From: the human T2T-CHM13v2.0 reference genome, Homo sapiens
Direction: 5' to 3' (one strand)
Assembly (NCBI RefSeq): GCF_009914755.1
Contig: NC_060928.1
Length of the DNA: 64,000 nucleotides
Shown here: piece by piece, positions 40,010 through 55,470 of the stretch
Numbering within the stretch: the first letter of the stretch is position 1
How the letters are laid out: each line of letters begins with the position of its first letter
Made by a program: the position numbers and the translations under genes
The notes under the pieces: generated by a model
What the model was told of the DNA's origin: nothing
Databases searched by the model: none
The model's input: only the letters and a program-made list of their open reading frames with translations

Positions 40010-41680
40010 TTTTAATAGCTATATTGAGGTATAATTGATGTATTCAATGTACAATTTGACAAGTTTTGATATATGTATATATCCATGAAATCATCACCAC
40101 AATAAACATCACTCCAAAAATTTTCTTTTGCAATCCCTCTCTCCAGTCTCTTCTCTCAACTCCCATCTACTCTGGACCCAGGCAACAATTAATCTGTTTC
40201 TTGTCACTACAAATTAGTTTGTATTTCTAGAATTTTATATTAACAGAATCATGCAGTATGTACTCATTATTGTTTTGGATTTTTTTTTTTTTAACTGAGC
40301 TTAATTATTTTGAGATTTACCCATGTAGTTCGTTCCCTTTTTTGCTGAGTGGCATTCCATTGTATAGATATACCACAAGTTGTTTATCCATTTGCTTGTT
40401 TCTTGACATTTGGGTTGTTTCCAGTTTTTGGCTATTACAAATAAAACTACTGTTTATATTCACATACAAGTTTTGGTATTAATATATGCTTTCATTTCTT
40501 TAGGTTGAATATATAGGTGTGGAAAGGCTAGAACATATTTTAAAAAACTGCCAAACTGTTTTATAAGATGACTGTATCTTGTTACATTTCCAGCCAACTT
40601 CTCTTTATTCTTGCCAGCACATGGTATACGATCTTTTTAATTTTAGCTCTAATGGGTGTGCTATTAGGCAATAAACATTTAGGATTGTTATATTATGATT
40701 GAGCCTTTAATCATTATGAAATAACTTCCTCACCCTGATCCTCAATAATATTCTTTGTTCTGAAATTTATTTTATCGGATATTTTTATAGCCACTCCAGC
40801 TATCTTTTGATTAGTTTAAATGTGGTTTATATTTTTCTAGCCTTTTACTTTTAATCGTTCGTGCCTATATACTCAAAGTAAGTTTCTTATAGGCAGCGTG
40901 TAGTTAGGCCTTGCATTTTTATCCAATCTGACAATCTGTCTTCTAATTGGAGTGTTTGGGTCATTTACATTTAATATGATTATCTATAGTTTGGCTTATA
41001 GTTATCATCCTGCTATTGTTTTCTGTTTGTCCCATATTGTCTGTGTTTCCTATATTCTCCTCTTTTTTAAAAAAATTTGTTTGGATTAACTAAATTTTTT
41101 TATGATTTCATGTTATATCCTTGGTTGGCCTATAAGCTATAGTTCGTTGTTTTATTGTTTTAGTGGTTGCTTTAGAGTTTATAGTACACACATCTTTAAC
41201 CTATCACAACCTTTCTTCAAGTGATATTTTAATATCTATGTACTGTCCAAGAGCCTTATACATTCTTAATTCTTGTATATTTATAATTTTTTTCTCCCAT
41301 TTCTCGCCTCTGGATATTCGTGCTATTGTCATGTGCTTTACGTTTTACATAAATTATAAACTCCACACTACATTAATAAGCCTAGCTGCAAGTCCAGCCA
41401 GACTCCGTTCTTTCTCTTCAGGGAGTCCGCTGGGCTCCACCTGGGTTTTGCCACCCTACACTGTGGCCTGCAAAATCTCTTAAGGTAGTAAGTAGTTTGG
41501 GTAATTATAAGACTCACTCTATTTGTTTTTCATCTTTTAGAAGTTATTGTCTCTTGAATTACTTGATACCCAGTATCTTAAAAATTGTTATTTCTTATAT
41601 TTTGTGTGTTTTTAAATTTCTTTCAAGTGGGAGAGTAAATCTTATCCATGCTACTTTATTCTGGCTGAGGTGACAGCTGT
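40010..41680 (-). mobile_element. Old L1MB/MC fragments
   Basis: TATTGAGGTATAATTGA..., CATTTGGGTTGTTTCCAGTTTTTGGCTATTAC and ATCCAATCTGACAATCTG motifs. Confidence 0.65.
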
Positions 41681-42638
41681 GATCCAGATATATTTTAATG
41701 CATAGAAACTAGTCCATTAGACATGACTTTCCTTTGGAATATTATTTTTCATACACATTTATAAAGATTCTTTTAGTATTTTTAATCCACCAAAGAAAAA
41801 AATGCATGGCAATAAACTACTTGCAGTACAGTGTGTATCTATTCCTAACAAAGTAAACTTAGTAATATTAGTAAACTTGCCTTAAAAAATCTTGTCAGTG
41901 GTTTTCCATCAGTAAACTAAAAATAATTCTTAATACCACCCTTACATTTAGTAGATATTTATAAGTTTAAAAAATTATTGTTATTGAAGGTTTAATGTAA
42001 GTATAGATTTTGCTTGTCAGGAGAAACCAGGGCAATCAGTGATCCTTCTTTTTTCTTAATTTTTAAAAGTTACAGTTCTATATTCAGAGAAGTTCAAGGC
42101 TAACTTGTAAGACTCTTATAGTTTTGATGAGAAAACATTTTATTCCTACTAATATCTGTACCCCAATAAAAGTTAAGCCTCTATTGCTTCATGCTGACTG
42201 AGAAGGTATAAACGGAAAGAATAGATCTCTGCAGGTCCTTAGCAGATTTGCAAAGTTTGAAAATGCTGAGTATCATCTGGTTTAGTTATCCACCTAATTC
42301 AGGGGTCTTCTGTATATTGCTGACTCAGCTTATTCAAACTGTTCATATGCTGTGCTTCTTGTTTTTCTATAACTGCATATAGTTGTATCTTAACAGGAAA
42401 TGAAGATTATTGTACTGAATAAACTCTATAAACTAGATCATATGTACCTAGGGTTTAAATTGATAGGCTTATGAGATCCTGGCTCATGGACAGAGATTTT
42501 TGGTAGTATTAAATATCTATCTTGATTTAATCATTTCACAAGTATACATATATTAAAATGTCATGTTGAACACTAAGTATATTCAGTTTTTATTTGTTAC
42601 TTATAACAGAATAAAGCTGGGGGAAATTTTTATCTTAG

Positions 42639-43475
42639 TGTAGTAGGTAGAATAATGGCTTCCCAAGGGTGTTCATGTCCCAATTCCAGGAAACTGCAAA
42701 TGTGTTATGTTATATCACAAAGGGGAATTAAAGTAGCAGATGGAATTAAATTTGCTAAGTACCTGATATGGTTTGATTGTGTCCCCACCCAAATCTCAAC
42801 TTGAATTGTATCTCCCAGAATTTCCACGTGTTGTGGGATGGACCTAGGGGGAGGTAATTGAATCACGGGGAACAGTCTTTCCTTGCTATTCTCACAATAG
42901 TGAATAAGTCTCATGAGATCTGATGGGTTTATCAGGGGTTTCCGCTTTTGCTTCTTCCTTATTTTCTCTTGCTGCAGCCATGTAAAAAGTGCCTTTCACC
43001 TCCCGCCATGATTCTGAGGCCTCCCTAGCCATGAGAAACTGTAAGTCCAATTAAATCTCTTTTTCTACCCAGTCTTAGGTGTCTTTATCAACAGTGTCAA
43101 AACGGACTAATGTAGGACCTGACCTTAAATCACAAAGGTTTTTAAAGGTGGAAGACAGACAGAAGAGAAGACTGAAGTGACGAGATGTGAGGAATTGGGT
43201 CTTTACCTTTCCAATATGACTAGGACTTCTTTGAACATGAAGTAAGGGGATGATGAGCCAAAGAATACAGCAGCCTCTAGAAGGTGGAAAAGGCAAGGAA
43301 ACAAATTCTCCCCTAGAGGCTTCAGAAAGGCATAGAAGCCTTCCAACACCTTGATTTTAGCCCAGTGAAGCCTGTGTCAGACTACTAACCTACAAAACTG
43401 TAGATAGTAAATGTGCATTGTTTTAAGAACTAAATTTGTGATAATTTGTTATAACAGCAATAGGAAATGAATACA
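42639..43475 (+). mobile_element. MLT1D-like solo LTR interrupted by THE1A
   Basis: TGTAGTAGGTAGAATAATGGC...GGAAATGAATACA; perfect 5-bp TSD CTTAG at 42634-38 and 43476-80. Confidence 0.85.
42764..43114 (+). mobile_element. THE1A solo LTR
   Basis: TGATATGGTTTGATTGTGTCCCCACCCAAATCTC...GGTTTCCGCTTTTGCTTCTTCC...AAACGGACTAATGTA; TSD GTACC/GGACC. Confidence 0.9.
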
Positions 43476-44916
43476 CTTAGTTATCTCCCAAAACTTAAAT
43501 GAAAGTGTAAACACTTTGGCATGTTTCATATGACTATAGGATCGAATGCTTTTACATAAAACAGTTATTATTTCAATACAAAATTGAAATGCTGCCAGAG
43601 TTTATGGTGAAGTATGTATTAGCTAAGCCATAAGTGAGGTGCAGAAATTTATCGCATTGTAACTTCTCAAAGAGAAAAAGTAGAAAGTGAACTAACAGAG
43701 TCTCACAATATTAGTACTTAGCACATTGTCTGATACTGTTGATATTAATGAAGAAATTTAAACTGACTCATGAAATGTGAAACTCTACAGTCTGGGATAT
43801 TGTCACTAGGCTGTAATTAAAAGATGCCAAATAATTGTTACTGGCAGTCATCATAAATGTTATATTTGGTCTCTTGGTTTCTTTATTCAACATTGCCTAC
43901 AAGCTTTTTATATCAGTGAGGACCAAGTCATTAATGGAACCACAGAGCAAACTTATTCTAAATATTGAAACAGTAAAATTTCTTTAGAGTGCAACTTTCC
44001 TGGGCTAGATGAAGACTAAGGATTTCACATTTGAGTTAATGTAAGAAACCATAAAGAGAGAGAAGAAATGCTCTGTAACTGTGTTTCAAATTTGAAAGCT
44101 TGCACAGTCTTGAGTAAGCAACTGTGAATTCCTGGGATTCCACAGGATGTACTGGTTAAGAGGGCATAGCTTTTTTTGAGAAAAACCTATGAGTTCAACA
44201 GAGGTATAAAAGTCAGAGTAAAAATAGCAACAGACTCTTTAAATAGCTCATGCAACTCTGAAGCAAAAATAATTTTTACATCGTTAATGCAAGGAAATGA
44301 CTACGGTAGAGTAGAGTCACAATTATAAATATGAAGGGCAGACACACACACACATTGTTATTTTACATTTTGAGATTTACATGTATTCTGTGTAACATTT
44401 CTGTAAGAATATATATATGTAATATATATGCTATATATATATTCCTTATTATACAAATTTAGTATAAAGAGTCCTCTTTTTATATGATGCAAATTTTTCT
44501 TAGCCTCCAAGAGAAGAAAACACAATGAAAGCAAGGTTTGAATCATCTATATGGTTTTGACCTTTAAGCATCTGGTGGCAAGTGCTTTGTCAGCCCATTA
44601 CTATGTAACATACCTGATGAGCTCATCAAATTATCTTACTTTGCTGATAGTATTTCTCTGTTTCAAAAAAGAAATGTACTTAATGCTATCAGACAATCAT
44701 CATAATAAAAAAAGACTAGTATTATTAAAGTTTTGTTTGCCTGGAAACTCTTGTTGTTGAATAAAAGCAAAGTTTAAAAAATATTTTTTTCCTCCAAATT
44801 TCGGTCTGGAATGCCACCCAGGCCTCTCAATCTAGCTTTGAACTTGAGTCTAAAGAAAATATTTGATCTTCTTTGTCTTTCAACTTGACAAAATGTTCTT
44901 CTTTTTTGAAATCCCC

Positions 44917-44980
44917 CTTTATAAAACACATTGACAAGCACACTTTGTTTTAAGTGTGCTTGTCAATGTGTTTTATAAAG
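44917..44980. repeat. Perfect inverted repeat, 29-bp arms with a 6-nt spacer
   Basis: CTTTATAAAACACATTGACAAGCACACTT-TGTTTT-AAGTGTGCTTGTCAATGTGTTTTATAAAG, checked base by base. Confidence 0.97.
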
Positions 44981-45824
44981 ATAAAGCTCTTAGAAGTATG
45001 ACACGAGTCTTTTTTTGTTTAACCTTTGAACATCCTCTTAAGTATCTACCCCACCAAGTTGACATCCAAAAAATATTTCTCATTAAAATCTTACTTGTCC
45101 TATACTGGTTTGGAAGTAATAGAAGAAAGTGTTGGATTTACTTTTTTCACTTAGAGGCTTAAATACTTAAAGGTAACATTTCATTTCATTGAACAAATAT
45201 GCATTGAGGCCCTTATGCATGGCGATGGTTAATACTCATTAAAAGATTAACTGACACAGCCAGCGTGACTAAGTTATGTGTTTGATACTTAAGAAACTTA
45301 AAAGTCATCCATGGATTACAAAATATATTTATAATGAAACAAAAACCCATACTTGTTGCCAAATGATGTTATTTGGTCAAATGACCAAAGGATACCAGAT
45401 TCCAGCTCTATAAGTACTCCTTATTGCATGAAATAAATATACAGAAAAAGGGCAAACTTATACTTTATCAATAGGTGATGATTTTGCTTTAATCTAATGC
45501 AGGACCCTAGTGACCTAGGCTGAAACCTGAGAAAAACTCTTTCCTAAGTGCTTCCAACCTGAAATGCCCACTCAGCCTTTCTTTTCCATGAAAGTAGGAT
45601 GTATAGATGGGGGTAAGAGGAGACATAATAGAGAACACAAATTATCTCTAGTCACAATGGAGAATAATGAAGAAATATAGCTTATTAAAATGTGTGATGT
45701 GAGTCTACATAAAATGACAAGGATAATTGAATCTTTGTAAGTGACCTTTGCTGACTCTGGGATTAACTTTAAATAGCAGGCCTCTGACATTCCCTTAATT
45801 TTTGTTAAAATAGAAGTGAGACTA

Positions 45825-46100
<276 letters not shown>

Positions 46101-48599
46101 TTAAATCAAACAACTTAATCTATGAGCTTCTGCTTTACGCTAACTGAAAAGTCATCATTAGGAAAGATGTATTAGCTACTAAGATAGCCATTAATAAGTA
46201 ATAATATAATTGTGTGTGGTCAAATAAATGCATTTGTATATCACTTTAGACTACATCTTGTATAATACAGCATAAATAATAAAAGCCAGATCTTTTTTTT
46301 CCTGGAATTTGTCATTCACTCAGTTTACATTTTAAAAAGGCACTTAATTTGGCTGGCCTTCAGAGAATTCCTGATTCCTCAGTATGTTGATGTCTTCTAA
46401 TATCAGAATGTTGGAGTGCAGTGACCTTCATTTATATTTCAACTATGAGCTAAGTCTAAAAATAGACCTCATAGCACCCATTGAGCCCACTACTTTATGA
46501 GCAAACTATATGATAAAGTATTTTTTAAGGAAAAGTAAAGAGATCTTGGTCTTAACAGATATGGGAGAACAAAGAAAACCAACATGGCTGTGGCAGAGAG
46601 TGAGAAGTGTCTGCCACCCACAAGAAGAGGAAGAGAAGGATTCCTGCAGGGCTCCTTGCACCACTAGGAGGGCTGCAAGATGAAGCTTGAATCCTATGCA
46701 GAAATGGTTAGTAGAGCTGCAGACACACATGCAGCTTTTGGGAGCAGTAGCACATACTTGAAAGAGGGCTTAGAGTCTGCACAGTCACCTTTCCATCTAT
46801 TCTTCTGGCTTCTACCTGACCAGGCCACTCACTCAAACACTACTTTCATCAAGATTACCAGTGGTCTCCATGCTGCCACATCCAAGGATCAGCCCCCAAG
46901 TATCATACCCTCTCCTCAGTATTTTACACAGGTTGCTACTATCTTTTCCCTCAAACATATTTCCTTTGGTTTCCACCAAATCACACTCTTCCAGCTTTCC
47001 TTTTACCTCACTGGCCATTCCTTCTTAGAGAACTTTGCTGGCTTCACTTCCTTTCTCTACTTTAAATGCTGAATCTAAATGGTGCAACCAAATGTGTGAT
47101 TGTGCACTTTCTACCTACATGAACTTGCTACTAGTGCCCTGGGTTCTTGTAACCGAATCGTTTTAGTAGAACTGGCACCAATTCTTATTTAAAGGTCTGG
47201 TAGAATTTGGGATGTGAATCCATCTGGGCCTTGGCTTCTTTTTGTTGTTAGCAATTTTAAAATTACAGATTCAATCTCACTGCTTGCTATTAGTCTGTTC
47301 AGAATTTCTACTTCTTCCTGATTCAATCTAGGAGGGTTGTATGTTCCCAGGAATTTATTCATTTCCTCAAAATTTTTAGTTTGTGTGCATAGAGGTGCTC
47401 ATAGTAGTCTTAAATGATCTTTTGCATTACTGTGGTGTTGTTGTAATGTCTCCATTTTCATTTCTCAAACTCCTGGCTGCAAGCAATCCTCCTGCCTTGG
47501 CCGTCCAAAGGGCTGGGATTAGAGGTGCGAGCAACCATGCCCAGCCCTCCATTTTTATTTCTAATTGAGTTTATTTGAATCCTCTTTCTTCTTTCCTTGG
47601 TTAATCTAGTTAATGGTCTATAAATTTTGTTTATCTTTCCAAATAACCACCTTTTTGTTTCATTAATATTTTATATAGTTTTTCATTTTAATTTCATTTA
47701 GTTCTACTCTAATCTTTGTTATTTCTTTTCATCTGCTAGCTTTGGGTTTAGTTTGTTCTTGTTTCGTTAGCTTCTTGAGGTATGGCTTTACACTGTCAAT
47801 TTGTGATCTTTCAGACTTTAATGTAGGCATTTAGTGCTATAAACTTTCCTCTTAGCATTGCTTCTGCTGTATCCCAGAAGTTCTGATAACTTGTGTGTAA
47901 CTATTATCACTCATTTTGAATAAATTTAAATTTCCATCCTGATTTCACTGTTAACCCAAAAATCATTCAGGAGCAGACTGTTTAATTTCCACGTATTTGT
48001 ATACTTTTGGAGCTTTCTTTAGGAGTTGATTTCAGGTTTTATCACTGTGGTCTGAGAATATACCTGATATGATTTCTATTTTTAAAAATTTATTGATACT
48101 TTTTTTGTGGCCTCTCACATATGCTGTCTTGGAGAGTGTTCTATGTGCTGAGAAGAATGTATATTCTGCAGGTCTTAGGTAGAATGTTCTGAAAATATCT
48201 ATTAGGTCCATTTGTTCTAGAGTGCAGTTTAAGGAAAGTGTTTCTTTGTTAACTTTCTGCCTTAATGATCTGTCTAGTGTTGTCAGTGGAGTGCTGAAGT
48301 GCTCAAGTCTTTTGCTATTATTGTGTTGCCGTCTATCTCTTTTCTTAGGTCTAGTAGTAATTGTTTTATGAATCTGGGAGCTACAGAGTTAGGTGCACAT
48401 ATTTTTAGAATTGTAATATCTTCTTGTTACGTTGATCCTGTTATCATATATTTTGACCTTTTTTTTTTGTCTTGTTTTTAACTTTTAAAGACAGTTTTAT
48501 CTGATATAAGGATAGCTATTCCTGCTTGCTTTTGTTTTCCATTCGTGTGGAGTATCTTTGTCCACCCCTTTGCCTTGAGTCTGTAAGAATCCTTACATG

Positions 48600-48984
<385 letters not shown>

Positions 48985-49061
48985 TTAAAGTGGAACATTT
49001 AGACCATTTACCTTCAGTGTTAATATTGAGATGTGAGATATTGTTCCAGTCATCATGTTGA

Positions 49062-49421
<360 letters not shown>

Positions 49422-50135
49422 TGAATTTTATGCTTTCAAGAGGTTCTATTTCAGTGCATATTGATCTTTTGTTTCAAGACTTAGAACTTCTTTTAGCATT
49501 TTTTGTAGGACTGCTCTAGCAGTGCTAAATTCACTCAGCATTTGCTGTCTGGAGAAGACTTTATTTCTTCTTCATTTATGAAACTTAGTTTTGCTGGATA
49601 CAAAATTCTTGGCTAAAAGTGATTCTGTTTAAGGAGACTAAATATAAGACCCCAATCCCTTCTGGCTTGTAAGGTTTCTGCTGTGAAGTCTTCTGTTAGT
49701 CTGATAGGTTTTCCTTTATAGGTTACCTGATGCTTTTATCTCACTGCTCTGAGAAGTCTTTCCTTTCTATTGACTTTAGATAGCCTCGTGACTGTATTCC
49801 TTGATGATGTCCTTTTTGCAGTGAATCTCCCAGGAGTTCTTTGGGCTTCTTGTATTTGTTAACCTAAATCTCTAGTAACACCTGGGAAGTTTTCCTCAAT
49901 TATTTCCTCAAAGAAGTTTTCCAGACTTTTTGTTTCTCTTTTCCCTCAGGAACACCAGTGATTCTTAGGTTTGGACATTTTACATAATCCCATATTTCTT
50001 GGAGACATTGTTCATTTCTTTTGATTCTTTTTTCTTTATTTTTGTCTGATTGGGTTAGCTCAAAAGCCTTATCTTTGAGCTTTGAAATTATTTCTTTACT
50101 TATTCCAGTCTATTGTTAAAATTTTACACTGTATT

Positions 50136-50492
<357 letters not shown>

Positions 50493-53400
50493 CTAAATGT
50501 ATTTTACATTTCCAGAAGTTATGATTGATTTTTCTTTAAAATATCTGTTTAGAAAATTTTTGATTCATATCCTGAATTGTTTTTACATTTCTTTATGTTG
50601 GTTTTCACCTTTCTCTTATATCTCCTTAAGTAGCATAATAATCAACTCTTTGAATTCTTTATCTGGTATTTCAAAGATTTCATCTTGCTTTGGATCCATT
50701 GCTGGAGATGTACTGTGATCTTTTGGGGGATGTTGTAGAACCCTGTTTTGTCATATTGCCAGAATTATTTTTCTGGTTCTTTCTCATTTTTTCCTAACTA
50801 TTCTTGAATTTATTTTTGATTCAACTGTGTTTTTTTTTTTATTTATTTTTTCTTTCCCCTTGAAGGATGTGGCTTCAATGTTTACAGTTCATTGTTACCT
50901 AATTTGGGTTTGGTGCTTTCAGGGGTGAAGGCTCTATATGAGTTCCTTGGTTATAAGTCTCTGTATAATAGCTTTCTTAGAAGCTGGCTATAGTAGCAAT
51001 GTACTCAGTGTGTGAACAAGTTCACTGACTCCTATGAGGTTGGTATGGCAGAGGTCTCTTAAAACTTATCTCATTCTTCTGTGGTATGCACTTATTTATT
51101 TATGCCCTAGTATTTTATTTTCTGGGTTGAATAGTTCAGGCTTCAGATGAATAGGGAAGGAGTCCATGGGTTAAAACTGGCTGTGGCTAAAGCAGGTGGG
51201 TCGATGCAATACCTAATGGGGCACTGAGGTCCCAGCCTTGACAGAGGTGATTGGGGACCTCTTGGTGAAATGTGCTGAGGTCTTATCAGGGGGTAGGGTG
51301 GGAGCCACCTCAGCTCCGCTGCCAGGCTAGTAGGAAAGTGAACTATCTCCCAGTCACACTCCTGACCCTGTGTTTCAGCTATTCAGATCAGACAGGTATT
51401 TATTTTTATTTTGATGTTCCATATAAAGAGGGATCATGACTCTACCCTTCATGCAAGACAGACCTGGAGGGCACTCCTGCCGTGAGGATGCAGTCACTTT
51501 GAAGTGTTCCAGAAAGGCTGTCTACAGGTATACTCATGCTGAGCTCACATGGGAGAAGCCCCAGCTGTGTCTGCAGTGGTAGATGAAGGGAAAAAGAAGT
51601 CCCCTTCTCCAGGATCCTTCACAAGCACAAGGGCTGCTTGCCTGTTGGGGTAGAGCCACAGACTTTCCTCTCTGAGCCCAGCACTGCATCTGTGCCTCTG
51701 TTGAAATAAACTTTCCACAAGCAGAAAGTTCTGAGACTCAAGCCTTGCTGTCTGGATTCTTTTGTCCCACAGGTTGCTTCCTTGATGTGGTGCCATCCCC
51801 CTTCCCCTAGGAACAGGAGCCTCTGAGAGCCAGACTACTGTGTGTGCTGCTGCTGCTCTGGGTCCAGCTGCCCAGTGGGCTGCCACATTCCAGGCTGGTT
51901 CTGGAGAATGTCTGCAAGGGGTCCAGTGATATGCCTTGTCCTCAAGTCTCCCAGCAGTGGGCACCAGCACTAGCTCTGATGGGGGTGGCAGAAGAGTGAC
52001 ACAGACTGTGAGATTTCCTTGGTTATGAATAGTCTTAGTGTGTTGGCTTTCTCCAATACTGGTTGCAGTAATGATGAACTGGTCACATGGACAGACTCAG
52101 GACCTCCTAGCTAGCCAGGATGCTGCAGGCATTCTGATAGCTGAGGTCACACATAAGTTTTCTCCTTCATTGGTGTTATGTTATTCTACCTGGCAATGCT
52201 ATAATGGACTGTGTCAGCTCACTTCCAGCCAGCAGGTGGTGCTTGCAAAAAGCATCAGCTGCAGTGGCAGTGGTGGGATTTGTGCTTGCCTTATGGTATC
52301 CAGGGGAGGTACTCTGGTGTCTCTGGCAATGAGTGGGGCCATAGGGTCCCTAAAAGTTTCTGTCCTTTTTGTTCAGATACCAGGAGGGGTGGAGGTGCAA
52401 AGTCAGTGGGGGCTGGGTCTTGAATGTCTGTGCTCTGGCTGTCCACTTGTGGGGCATGCAGGAGGCCCAGTTGGGGTCAAAAGGTGGTTATCTGGCCATT
52501 GGAGTAATGTTCCAGGGAGGAGCACAGCTGCTTCTGCTGCACAGAAGAGTCTGCCTGGGAAGTGGGGAGTAGCAGGCAGCAGTAAGCCCAAGCCAATTCC
52601 CATGCACTTGGCAAGTCAGGTCTCACACCTACAGCGTTCCACTAGCAACAGCTAGCTTGGTTCCAGTCAGCCTGTGCTCAGAACTCAAAACTTCCCAGGG
52701 AGACAGTGACGATGACTTTCAGGCCATGTCCCTCCCAGTCCACCTGCAAACAGCTCCTATGCTTGTGGCTGCAGCACACTTCCCAGTTGCCCCTTGGTTC
52801 TGGCCAAGGGAGTTTGTCTTCGATTGAGATTATATTGCAAATCTCAGTTGGGAACTTCTTTTAACCTGTGACTGCTGCCTGAGTCAGCTGACAGACATCT
52901 GTGTGGTCATCTGTGAGGCAGAATCAGAAATAGCTTCCCTCCGTCCTTACTGGAGACTGGGATTGCACACAAAGCACTTTCTAGTGCTGGTCTTCTTGTA
53001 CACTCCCCACTGGAGCTAAATCAGCTTCAGCACTGGGTAGGGTTAAGGCCTTCCTCTGTGGCCAGGGTTACTGGGTTTCCCAGTGGGGGTGTGTATCCTG
53101 GAGGTAGTTTATACCCCTCTCACACTGGTCCTGGCTCATGAATTTTTACCTGGGTTTGTGAACTGACAGAAGCTAATTTATTATTTTTGGTAAATGTTTA
53201 TTGCCACTTATAGTTAATAAGTAGGTGCAAGCTTGCATGTCCTCATAACCAGGAAGCAAAGCAAACATGTGTCAGGCTAGATGTTGCCTGCCACACCAAT
53301 GAACAACCATATCACAGAGATGTAACCCATTCCCTAAGCCTATTGAAGTTACAGCTCTCTGTTCTTTTAGATGCTCAACAGCCTCTCATATGAAAGATTT

Positions 53401-54499
53401 ATCTAAGGCAAATTCAGCATTATTCTAGTGTCAGAATTTGGTCAATTATCTACTGGAAACAGTCAACTAAGAATTCTCAGAACCAGCAGTTGAACGTAGG
53501 ATCATTTAAGGATACAGCCTAGGGTGCTATACTTAAAAATACAGGCCACAGAACTCTAAATGTTCATTTGTCCAAATATGAGGAAATGTCTCTCTGAAAT
53601 TCTAACAATCTAAATAATATTTTAAACAACTCTAAACTTATCCTGGGTATCACTAATTTTTGCCAATGAGAAACCTATTTCTTACACTCATTATGTGCAT
53701 TATGAAAGCCCCAACTGTTGCCAAAAGCTAAACATAGTTGAAGCGTATTTATTAGCCACCCCATAAGTGTGACCTTTCCAATTAAATGCTAGCTAATTAT
53801 ACCAGAAATGTAAATTCCTGATTTAGGTAACTGGCTTCTCCTATGTATAGACTGAAATGAGCTAACAATTTATATCACATTAGATATATTCAACAATTTT
53901 AAATAAATTACAGATATAAATATACCAGCAAAAGATGCTACTCATTAAGGAAGACAATTACCATCCTAATTAACTGAATTTATATACAACTAGGGAATCC
54001 CAGCCATGAAGTTCACTGAATTCTTGTCAGTCACTATAATAGGTTACATTGAACTTTATTTATAGTTGCTCTGTCAATAACTGTAAATCTAAGACACATA
54101 GCCTTTTTCTTTGGATTCATATTATACATACTATACAATTCTTTTTTGTAGTCATGGAAGTTAGCACATCCTACTCAGCTTTGTCACTTGACTAAATTTT
54201 TCATTTCTTTGCCTTTTCAGAATCCTGAGGAATAGAAATAGGAATTCTCTTTAACTTTAAAGATCTTTGAATTTGATGAAATATTTTTATTCCTACCTAT
54301 AATTTCAGGATCCTTGAATTCTTATGGATATTTTTATCAGCTGAATCCTACATATTTCTTATGTTCTTGAGTAACTTATAATAACAACCTATAAGGTCAG
54401 TCTACTGATATAATTGCTATTATGCCACAATGCAGGAGACACTCAAGTATATGAACTCCTTCTTTTCTAAGGGATCATTCTCAAGAAGAAAACATACAA

Positions 54500-55470
54500 T
54501 GTTATTTTTAGGTATATATGACATATGCCAGTGGCTCTCAAATATATATCTTTAACCCCAATTACTTTCCTGAATTCTAGAGTTTTATTTCCAGTCTTCT
54601 ACTAGACATTTCTACTTACATATCTAATAAGTATCTCAAGCAATCACGGACAAAATTGAACTATTGAATTTTGCACCCACTTCTTTAATCTCTTCCTCCT
54701 TACATCTTTCTCATGACAGTACCAAAGCATGAATATTCATTCATGTACTCAGGCCAATAATCTAGGAGTTATTCTTGATTCCTCTCTTTGGCTTGCCCAT
54801 TCCTCCTGTTCCATCTACCCCATCATTAAGTTCTGTTGCCTCTGCCTATAAAAGTACCCTGAGTCACTCCATCCAACTCACCATCATCTCTCAGCAGGAC
54901 AATTTCAATATATCTTCAACTGATCTTGCTGCTTCCGCTCCTGCTCTTCTGTCATCCATTCTTCATGAAGTGATTTTGTTAAAATTGAAATCAGATGTTC
55001 TTCCCTCCCCAAAACTCTCTAAAATTTTCTTACCACTCAGAATAAAATCCAAACTTATTACCTATTTTTTTTTTACAAGATATGATCTTTGTGAATTATT
55101 TGACCTCATCACCTAGCCCCTTCCTTACTCACTAGACACTGGTCAGAGAGCTTTTTTATTTCAAACTCACTGAGCTTATTTCTGTCACAGGGATTTTGCT
55201 CTAGCCCTTCCCTCTGAATAGAACACCGTTTCCTCTAATTGTAGGAAGGCTGACTCTTTTTGAATAATTAAAATTTCAGTGTAAGGTACCCCTTGCTGCC
55301 CTGTATCATTTCACATTATTTTAATTCTGTCCATTGCATTTCTCAATACTTATATATTTTTTGTGATCACTATATGGCTTTTCCAATAATATGTACAGAT
55401 CATGCCTATTTTGTTCACTACTGTATTTCCAGGGCTTATGGGATATGATATATTTAATGTATTTTTTTAA
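54500..55470 (-). mobile_element. L2 fragment (3' region)
   Basis: CTACTAGACATTTCTACTT...CTAGGAGTTATTCTTGATTCCTCTCTTT...CTCAGAATAAAATCCAAAC...TTGTTCACTACTGTATTTCCAG. Confidence 0.7.

Noticed and set aside
52038-52655. 205-aa ORF and other ORFs of 100+ aa within the L1 5'UTRs and Alus
   Set aside because: Chance ORFs inside repeat sequence, including typical Alu-derived translations.
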